64,000 nucleotides of DNA from Chrysomallon squamiferum. Lineage: Eukaryota > Animalia > Mollusca. The position numbers were made by a program, and so were the translations under genes. Below, one piece after another: positions 1 through 11,200 of this stretch. The number at the start of each line of letters is the position of its first letter. The stretch's first letter is position 1. The stretch lies in NCBI GenBank assembly GCA_012295275.1, contig CM022665.1, positions 32,674,001 to 32,738,000 on the forward strand, read 5' to 3'. The notes under the pieces are model-generated. The model searched no databases, was not told where the DNA came from, and saw nothing but the letters and a program-made list of their open reading frames with translations.

Positions 1-2444
1 CTGTTTCTTTTTTAATTTTTAATTTATTTTTTCAGACCTTTATTGTTTCTTTTAATACTTTCATTTGTGGAGATTACATTTGCATTTATTAATGATTACA
101 ACAACAGTATTTTTAATTTCTATGTTTATTTTGTAATTTTTAATTTTTATTATAATTATATTATTATTAAAATTATTATTGTTGTTGTTATTGTTGTTGT
201 TATTATTCTGATAAATTCAAAACTTTGAAGAAGCGTATTTTATTATGAAATAAACCAGGGATTATATGTGATTGAAATAAAGTGTAGACTGCAACAGTGA
301 TATTTAAAATAACAATAAAAATAAGAATTTAAAAAAAAAAAAGAAAAAAAAAAGATAGAGAATAAGAGAGAGACATGTGTAAAATTTGCTGGCAAATATA
401 AAATATTCATAATTTATGAATATTTATTTATGTCATTTTTAGGGAATTTTTCACATCAGAAAAAACTATCAACAAGCAGCTATGTTTACCATAGTTTTAA
501 TAGGGAATGATAATTCCATGCCCTTGTTATTTAATTCACATTTCAGTGTAATTTTCATATCCAAATCATAGTTAGAAGTCATCAGACTTGTCAAAAAATT
601 AATTGTTGTGAATTTTCTCTCCATATTTTCATAGTGGATATTTGAGTTAATCTCAGCTTTTAACATTGACATTGTATTAGTTCTTTGCTTGACAAGAATG
701 GTTGATGACACTACCTATCTTCACTAACGTCTACTTAAGAGAAAACAGTGATATCTAAAAACAAGAAGTACTATCTTATTCATTATTTCATCTAATGTTA
801 TGTAAGATTATTTTGGCTTATATTAAAAATTAAATATAATGCTTGACATTTTACAAACTGAAATTTAATCACATTCTACCTTTCTTTTCTTTTTTTTTTC
901 TTTTTTCTTTTCTCATCTTTTTTTTTCTTTTCTTTATTATCATAGTTAAGAATTTTCTTTATATGTTCATACTTTTATTATTAAAATAAAGTTGAAAAAG
1001 ATTTTTAAATTAAAGTTTGGAGGTTTTTCTTCTGAGATTTCTGTTTTATTTTTTTTAATTTCTATAATTTATTGCCATAATATATATATATATTTTTTTA
1101 TATATATATATAATTGTTTTTAATTAACCGTTTTAAATTTTCCATGAAAAATGAGAAATATATTCATGAACTAAGTAAAATTAGATAATGGCACTGCCAT
1201 AAAATCTTTAAAAATAATAATTATTATTATGATTATTATCTTTTTTATATATATTATTTTATTTATTAAATTATTTATATATATTTTTAATTATTTAAAA
1301 AAAAATTCATTAAAAAGAAAAAAGAAAAACTATATTTGTAAACTGAGAAAGGTTATGGTGATCTGAAAGTTAGGTAACACAACCCACACCATTAACAACA
1401 GTCAGTGTTGTTCAACTGGTGGCATTCACTTGGAACCTGTATAAATTGCTTTTATTGTGTATCTATTAATAAATATGAAAAACCTTAAAATATAGTCATT
1501 TCCAAAATCACATCACCTTTTGTGTACAGATAAAACATGTTGGTGGTTTCTATCTTATTTGTAGTTTTATTTATTTATGATAAATTATATTTTAAAAAGA
1601 AATAAAAATAATAAAACAAACTATGAAATAAATGTACAAGATTGATTTTCAAAAGGCATTAATAAATAGACAAACATCAAAGAGAAAATAAACATTTGTC
1701 TTAGCTGTAATCTTCATAAAATTAACATAATAGATTTTATTTATAGAGCTGTAAAACAAATATTCTTGTCTTTTTATTCTCACTGAATTGTTTTTTATCA
1801 TTTATTTCTATTTGTTTGTTTATTTGATGATTCAGTTCCAATATACATTTTTTTGTGTGTGTGTGATAAAATTTTGATCATGTCAGAAGTGATAAATATA
1901 ATTAATGTACACGCTTATGAAATTATTAATTAAATAGATTGTAAAGTAAATTTTGAGTTTCATTACTATACAAAAAATTCATGAATCAGTTAAAAAAAAA
2001 CAAGGAAAAAAAGATAAACATAAATAAAAAAAACAATATTAACAAAAGTCTGCTCTCTATTTCCATAGTTGAAATTTAAAAGAAAATATTAAATAAATGA
2101 TCTTCCTCCCCTTCCCCCCAAAAACATGAAGTGTTAAGTTTTTAATATAAGTAATCAAAAACTTTCTTATTTTACTTAACACTTTCCACAATATTGATGA
2201 ATAGATGACATTAAACTTGTGTGGTATGTATTTCTAAATATTTCTAATTTTTCTTCTTTGTAAATAATAATAACAAGAACAGTAAATGTAATTACAGAAA
2301 TAACTGATCATTTTTAAGTTTGCTAATAGTTTTTATCTTCTATCTGTGTTCAACATGATATGCACAGTGACAATCTCCTTGTCATCATTAACAATTCAAA
2401 ACCCAACCTCACTGGTTCCCTGAATTTCTACTTACAGCAGAAAT

Positions 2445-2600
2445 TGATTGGTTCTTAACACATAAAATACAGCTAGAATGAAAGCTTTCAGTGCTGTTTT
2501 AATTATATTGTAATATTATCTGATTGGTCATTGGCTAACATATTTTATGATCTTCATTTTGATTGGCAGACTCTGGAAGTCAGTCTTCTGTGATTGTCAG
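2445..2600. promoter_or_regulatory. Cluster of reverse CCAAT (NF-Y-like) boxes
   Basis: ATTGG at 2447, 2523, 2530 and 2562 (three in a TGATTGG context), plus TGATTGT at 2591, within a locally higher-GC block. Confidence 0.35.
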
Positions 2601-3823
2601 GAATATGGGTAGGGCAGAAATTCTTGCCTGCCGGAACTATATGCAGCATTAATGCCAGGAAAAATTCCTACCACTGTAATTTCTGTGAGGAATTTGTTAC
2701 AAGTAATAACATATAGCTTTATTATGAGCTGGCAGATGTGTGTTAGTACTATTCTTTGTGAAATTAACCCAAGTTTCAGTAATGTGCCTTGAAATGACTC
2801 TTTACTGTTAGGAAAATCAGAAAAGTGGAAATAATTAGTTCGATGTTTTAGTAATTATAGGGGTAAAAAAGATAATGTTTAGCACTATGCTTTGATATTA
2901 TTGTTGTTGTTGCTTTGAGTATACAAAATTCTTTGTTAATAAAAAAATTTCCTTTGTATTTGGTATATATTTGGTATACAATTTGCCTGTATTTGCTATA
3001 TTATTATTATTATTATTATTATTTCTGTTTTCATGTATTTGATACAAATTATGATTCATATTCTTTCTTCAGAGTTAGACAACAGTTGAAAGAAAACAAA
3101 ATATATCATGATAGTAAAAATATTAATTTTAAAATACCTTTTTTTTTTTTTAAATTTAATTTTAAAATTTGTCATCACAGCTTCATAAAGTATAGGATTT
3201 AAATTGCATTGTGAAAAACATGTTCTTGTGACAAGTTTTTAAAATGATTTTTGTTTGATTTGTTATTTAATTTTACCAATAGAATTTAATAACTGCCTGT
3301 GAGCTATAGGATAAGATGAACATATCTAAAAAAAACAAAATCTGTTTTAAACAAATAGATTCTTTTGTTTGGGGGTTTATGGGATTTACAAAAACAAAAT
3401 TTAAACATTTAATTTTTTTTTCTTCAATATAATTATTGTTAAAGGCTTTACAGTTACTTTCACAAGTGTGGGAAACATTGTGTTTGACAGTATTTTACAA
3501 AGTGATTTTAAAATATACTTTTCTTTTAATTAATTAATTAATTAATTTAATTTTTATTTTTTATTTTTTTCAAAGTAATAGTCTTAAGGACCACCCAATA
3601 ACATATTCATCCTACATTTAGCGTTTAAAAAAATAAAAAAAAAGGTTTATTACAAAATTATTTTTCTTTCCTTTTCTCTATTTGAATTTCTTTTTAAAAT
3701 TTAAATTTTTTCTGTAATTTATTATTAAACACTTGTCCTTTTGTCTAGACAATCATGTATGGCATTTGTACATTTGGAAACAGAACGTTTACTGCATATT
3801 GATTTTAAATAAAATAATCCTTT

Positions 3824-3879
3824 TTATTATTATTATTATTATTATTATTTTTTTTTTTTTTTTTTTTTTTATTTTTTTA

Positions 3880-3904
<25 letters not shown>
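3824..3904. repeat. (TTA)n followed by interrupted poly-T
   Basis: Directly visible. Confidence 0.9.
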
Positions 3905-3910
<6 letters not shown>

Positions 3911-5072
3911 GTTTTTATTTGTTATTTTTGTTTATGTGTTTTTGGTCTATATAATTGTCTCAGGTTTTCAAAAGTGTTTTGCAAACACCATATTCTCACA
4001 TTTGTTTCTGTCATATGAACACTATACCTTTCATCAGACCTCTCTCTACATGTCAACACGAAATAACCATCCTTCATCTGTACACACAGTTAGCCAAAGG
4101 GTCACACTTAGACTCTATCTCAAACACTCAAAAATGTCAGACTTTCTCTCTCTGTCTCAGTTTGTTTCTTGTTTTCTCAGTTGTTTTCTCCTGTCTTCAT
4201 TTATTTATCTGTCCATCTATCTGTCTATATTTCTTGCTGTCAGTTTCTCCCTAATCTTTTCTTTCTCTCTCTGTTTTTTCTTCTCTTATCTCATTTTCTT
4301 TCTTTCTATTCCCCAGCTGTCTTTGATTTCTCTGTCTCTCTGTCTTTTTCTTTCACTCTGACACACACACATCCACACACATGCAAACATTATTGCTACT
4401 TATTATTTCATTATCCTTTTTCCAAGTTCTCTCTTTCTCAAAAACCTATGCAATCACATGGAACTTAATTTTCCCATCTCTTTCTCTTTCTTCTTAAAAG
4501 GTTAATAATTTGTAAAGTCTGATACTTGAAGATGGTTGAAAAATAAACAAGAACTGTTTAAATTTGGCATCCAGCAGTGTTTGTAATTAAAGCTGATGAC
4601 TTGCAGATGGTATAAATCTGGTGTTTTTACTTCATCACATGAAATGAGTTTTATATAATTTTATGTACAACATGGCTTCATAAACACTGATTTCTAATTT
4701 AATTAGCTAAGAATTTTAATTCAGTTTAAAAAAGTTATTTCAAGTAGGGGAGGATTTTGAGCATGGGTGTATTTTTTTATATATTGTTATTCATTTATTC
4801 TAAGATGTTGTTTCTGTTAGTTGAGGATGTTAGGTTGGGGTTATTTGTGTGTGTGTGTGTGTGTGTGTGTGCACATTTCATGAAATACAGTCTAAGGATA
4901 TCAAGTGTACAAATAAAACAACAGAAAGAACAACATGTCAAAAAATCAAAACAAATGTTAACTTAATTGATCTCATATATATATAAACATATATTTTTTT
5001 AAGATAGATATTTGTTTTACTGTTTTTATAATTTTTTGAGTTCTGTTATAAATAATTTATAATGTCTTTCAG

Positions 5073-5245
5073 ATTGGCTTTACTCCTTTGCATCGAGCAG
5101 CAGCTCAAGGTCATGCAGATGTCATTGATGTCCTGGCTTTTCAAGGATGTACCATGAATATTCAAGACCAGGTATAAATTCTCAGTGTTTATCTATCTGT
5201 ATTTTTGTCTTTTAAATTTAAATATATAGGAAAAACATTTTTGGT

Positions 5246-5283
<38 letters not shown>

Positions 5284-8200
5284 ATTTAGATGGATGGCTT
5301 TTTATATTATTATTTGTTTTTATGCATTATTATTAATACAGTTTATTATTTAAAAAAATTGTAGATCAGGCTCGTTTACATTTCGAATACATTGTCAGTT
5401 TTATATTAGTACATGAATACTGAAATGTCCCAGAGATAAAATAAATTATATATTTTTTAAATATATTGTAATAAAAATAGACCATCAGTATACAAATAAT
5501 TCAACAAAACACATTTGTCAAATTTATTATATACATCCTCTGTGTATTTAAGGCTATGTAAACATTGAATAACAAACCCAGTTAATGTTAAATGTAAATT
5601 AAATGTTTAAAAAAATACAGTTATTAATTACTTACAACCTTTTTATTTAAAAAAATGTTTAACTCAAATATTTGTTTTTTATTTTGTTTTGAAATTTCTC
5701 ATGTTACATTCCATTAATATATGAATATATTGCATCTTGATGGTTAGAGTAAAGAGCTCAGGAATGATAAATCATAGGATCAGTTCTCATTGGTGTGCCT
5801 TTATGCTGATATTCCCCAGCCAGTGTCCAACAATTGCCTTGGTATGGGCTGTCCTGGATGTGGGAAAGAGCAGATAATAAAAACATTTAATTTTAGAAAA
5901 AGGTTATGATATGTGCTTCATAACAAAGACATTATATTTATCAATTTAAATTAAAAATATTGAACATTAATTTTCATGCTGTTTATTTTTCTGTGATGTG
6001 ATCCTTATTTCCTTATTTATTTATTAAATTATAATATTTGTTTATTAACTTAGCTATTTAGTTTTTATTTATTAGTTTATTTATTAATTTTTAAATTATT
6101 ATTATCAATGTTGTTGTTTTATTTTGTTGTTTTTTTACTTACTTGTATATTACAGTATGGTAACACTGCTGTCCACGAAGCTGCCTGGAATGGCTACAGT
6201 CGATCCCTGCAAACACTGATTAAACACAATGCTAGTGTCTTCATACCCAACAAGGTAACATATATAACTATAAACTACTTTAACTTATTCTTATGGTGGT
6301 ATAAACAGACTAACATTTTTTATATTTATGATGCCAGTGTCTTCATACAAAGATGTAAAGTAAACATTACTGTAACAACTCAAACAGTAGCTGCAATATT
6401 TTATAAATTAGACTAATTATAATTTGTGGCAGTCTAGAAAAACCCTTCACATGGTCAGTTGTTCTCAGTTTTTCACATTATTGAAAGCTACAGGTAATTA
6501 CCAATTAAAATAACTTAATTATTTAAAAGTTCAATTTAGAAAAGATGTAATAGATTTCACATAAAGTAAATTGAGAAAATTGCATTCAAAGTTTTATTAT
6601 GTAAAACAGTAATGATTTCATCATTTATTAATGATTTTAACCATGTTGAATACATGAAACTAAAGCAAGAAACAGTTTTTTTATTATAACAAGTGAAATA
6701 AGTTACCCTCCTCCTAAAAATAGTGGTATGTTAAATTTGAAAGACCTACCATCACAATGTTATTAACCTATCACCCTGATTCTTACAGTGATATGTGACT
6801 GTATATAGTATTTCTAGACTGCCACACAAATATCCAAAAGCCTGCATCTAATAAAAAGTATAATATACATTAGTATTATTATTATTATTATTATAGATGA
6901 CTCCAAAAGTCACTTACAAAAATTATTTTGTCACTCAATCTGCTATTGTTGTTGTTACTATTATTTTTATTATTATTATTATTCCTGTTATTAATTGTTG
7001 TTATTACTCTTGTTCTTATTCTTATTATTGCTGCTGCTGTTGTTGTTGTTGTTATTGTTGTTGTTATTATTGCTGTTGGTATTGTTGTTGTTGTTGTTAT
7101 TTCTGTTACAGACTGGGTTCACAGCTTTGCATCTTGCCAGTCAGAATGGTCACAATGAGAGTCTACGTGTTCTGCTGTATGCCAGTTCAAATACTGACAT
7201 CAAAAACAATGTAAGTCACATTTTTCATTTATTTTACACTACTTAGTGATTATCTGGTTCGTTACAAACTTTAATATTAATTCTTACTATGTGTTTGGTA
7301 TATTATGGATCTTATCTTTTTTAAATGTGTGTGTTGTGTGTCTGTCTGTCTGTGTAATGTATATATGTATGCATAATGGCCTTTGTAAATCAGTTGAGAG
7401 GCACTGTTAAGAATGGGACTAGACCAGTGAGTGCACCAGTAAGTATTTATCTTCTAAACATTGCAGGTTGGTCAAACTATCTCATTTGCTTGAATGAATG
7501 AAAATTCAGAAAGAGCATGCATTTAATATTAAAATGAAAGCAACAAAACAAAAAACTAACACATTTAGCAAAATTAATTTTTAATTTCTTTATTAATTTA
7601 TATATTGAGGGAACAGTTTAAAATATATATATAATTTTTAAAATTCTCTATAAATTTAAATTTAAAAATTATTTCAAAGCTAGCTTTTTATTGACAGTAA
7701 AATTAAGTGTAATAATGTATGTCACTTAAAAAAAAAAAAATTCTGCATTCATCATCACTGTGAAATTTAAAACTTCAATTCAAGTTAGTTACCTTTGAGA
7801 GTTACTTCCCTTAACAATACCAAAATTGTGTAAATAAATGAATCTATGATATACATATTCCATAGATTTTATATTATAAGTTAGCATAATGTGTTATTGT
7901 TAACTTGTTTGAAAATATATTATTATGCAGTTGTAGCTATAATAATATATTGATTATTTGAATGTGTTATTGGCTAAAGTAATATTAATTATTAGCAGTG
8001 GGAAGGAATCTTTATTGCTTGTTTGTTTTTGTTTTTTAATTTTTTTTATGTTACATATGACATTTCATTTTATTACTGTTCAACTTTAAAAAATACAACT
8101 GAGTATTAAATATAAAATATTCATCTTATTTTTATCTCATTTATTTTATTTTATTTTATTTTGTTATATATATAAGTCTGTGTGTGTGTGTGTGTGTTAT

Positions 8201-11200
8201 TTTTTTAAAGATTATATACCTTTTTAATGCCTATTTAGTTAAGCTAGAAAAATACTACAAAGAACAAGGAAAACATTTTTGGAAACAGCAACACTTTGTT
8301 TTGTTTTTATTCTTGTTGTGTTTCTTCATACTGTTGTAGTTCTCATTCCACCCAGTGCTGTGTGACTTACACAGCTAAGCTATTTCCGGTCTAAACACAC
8401 AAAAAAAACGTTTTTTGTAATTAATAAAACAAATTTAAATGTGGTTATTATTTTTGTTTCTTCCTATTATTTTTTGAAACTTTATAGAAATTGTTGAACG
8501 TGTATGGAATGAAAATAAAATATTATTTTCAATCTGTTTTACAAGTTTTAATTAATTATTTATTTGTTTAAAAATATGCATATAATGGTTGTTATGACTG
8601 TTTGATGATTGTTATTTATTTGTTATATACATAACAGTATTTATTTATTTATATATATTTTATAAATATTTTTACAGTATGGAGACACAGCAGTACATAC
8701 TGCAGCTAGGTATGGCCATGCAGGTGTTACACGCATACTTCTAAGTGCCAGATGTAATCTGAATGAACAAAATAAGGTGAAATATTTATTTAACAAATTA
8801 TGTAACCAGAGATTAATTTTAAAAATTAAAATTCATTTTGAAATTCTTAGAAACCAAAACAAAAACTTGTTGTTTGTTTTGAAAAGGCATATACTGAGTA
8901 CTTAGAACACAGTTAAAATATGTCAATTTTTTTTCATTTTACAAAAATTAAATGTTTTCAATCAGTCCATAAAATCAGATTCTTTGTGATTATTCTTGGC
9001 TGCCTTCAGTGTGGATTATAGTACTAATATTTGGTCATAAGCTTTATAAACATAGTGGCCATTATGCTGCAGCACACACACACTGGGCAGTAACAAAACA
9101 TTCCGAATTTTTTTTATGATTTTTGAACATACCAGGTTTGAATGTCAGTGCATCTGATTATTATTGTTATTATTGTTCTAGGCTTAATACTTTATCATTT
9201 GTTATTTTTTTATTGTTACTATTGTTATTATTATTTGTTTTATTTTTAATCTTCTTTTTTTCAAAACATTTAACATTATAAAAATTATTTTCAGAATGGA
9301 GACACTGCACTCCATATTGCAGCAGCATTAAAACGCAGAAAGATTGCTAAATTGTTGGTGGAAGGTGGTATTGACCTTTCAGTAAAAAATAAGGTGAAAT
9401 AGATAAACTCAAAATATAATGATTAAAAGATTCTGATTAAATATATATAAATACTATTTTAAATAAAATAATTACAATATTTTATGATCATAATAACCAT
9501 ATTATCAAATGTTTTAAAACGATTTTAAAAACTAGTGTGTATGAGTTAAATTTACATTTATTTACATCATATTTAAGCATCAGTTTATGTAAAATATTAA
9601 ATTTATTTATTGATAATAGTCTCAACTTTGTTTTTACTATGCATGCATGAACATATAAAATAACCATGAACAATATATATTTATTTTTTTAATTGTTATT
9701 TTTTTAAGCAAAATGAATCTGCTATTGATGTTGCTAGAAGAAAGGAACACCCAGAGATTATTCTGATCATTACATCATTCTCTAGAGTAAGTATATTTTA
9801 TCTCCATCATTTGTGAAAAACTGAAAATATTTTATTAAGGATTTGCATATTATTAATACATTTTATAATTTTTTCATAATTTTTATTTGTGTAATCAATA
9901 ACTATCAGTGAGATAAAGTTCACAGATGCTAATATTTTATGGCTGCCAGTTGTGTTTTATGTTTAAACTTGGGCATATATTCCATAGGTTTGTGACTTTG
10001 ATTGATACAGTTTTTAAAAGACTTATCAGATGCAAAAATAAATTGTAATATTTTTATATTATTTTTATTGTAACTGATTTTACAGCCCCGATCAGCTGCA
10101 AGACGGGAACGAGCCCATCACAAAGCAACGAGTCCCCATGCAAATGTCAGGTTTAAAGATGAGATTCAGATTGATGGAATTGAAGGACCCATTGTCACCC
10201 CAGGAGACCAACCTCCACTCAAGAATGACAAACCAGAAAAAGAGAAAAGGTTTTTCTTCTTCAAAAAGAAAAAGAAGGTATGTTTAAGATACAAATAAAA
10301 AAGTAAAAAATAATATGGATGTTAGATTGAAGAATAATAGAATTGCTACAAAAATTATCTGAACTTCACCCAACCAAAATGTTAACATCATTATTATCTT
10401 TGCTTTTAGGAAAAAGACAAAGGTAGATCAAGTCCACATCCAGGTCAAGGAACAAAGTCTGCTGATAAAGAAGGTCCAGCTGAACCATGGAAGAAACCAG
10501 TCCAAGGATTTTTCAGTCAGTATGTACCAAAGTCTGGTGTGCAGTACTACAGAGACCTGGCAGGCAATATCAAACAGGTACACACATTGTCAATGTAGAT
10601 TATTGAATATGTAGCAAAATCTAATTATATGTTGAAAATTGAATCAGTATCACCTAGCAAAGTTCTGTCTGTAAGGTTTTTGTTTCCTATAAAAATCTAA
10701 ATAATATTTCTATAAAAAAAAAAAAAATAATAATAAACAAATTATTTGTTATTATGGTTTTTGTTTGTTTGTAGTTTTTGTTTAAATTAACTCAGACATA
10801 TTTAAATTTTCATAGATGTAAGAAATAACTGAACTGCTTTGTTTGTTTCCAATAGGGTCCAGTAGGTTATGCTCCTCTGTGCCAGTGTGGACCAGCACTA
10901 ACGAAACTGGAAAACAAAATAGAAGAAAACAATGAAAAAGTTTATGATTACATTGATGCTTCCCATCAGGTGCTTAAAGGACGAATTGACCATCTTGACC
11001 GGCAGACCACCCAACAGGTGTATGCTATAGACAAATTGACCAAAGAAAGATTGGAAAATGAGCATCAGGCCTGTCACGACAGGATAACTCAGAGATTACA
11101 CAGTGAGCACAGAGATGCCAAGAGTTTGATGACACAGTACAATGAACAGATTCAGAGCTGGCTTGAGAACAAATTGTCATCATACGGACACTGTCTGGAT

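Noticed and set aside
469-711. 80-aa minus-strand ORF
   Set aside because: GTG start, no recognisable motif or splice partners; at most an unidentifiable TE scrap.
3909-4468. Overlapping hydrophobic 'membrane-like' ORFs up to 150 aa
   Set aside because: Produced by CT/T-rich low-complexity intronic sequence with non-ATG starts; no domain signal.
6897-7158. Poly-Cys, poly-Leu and poly-Val ORFs (6897-7214, 6928-7158, 6995-7246)
   Set aside because: Translations of a trinucleotide microsatellite; only 7112-7210 is a real ANKRD6 exon.
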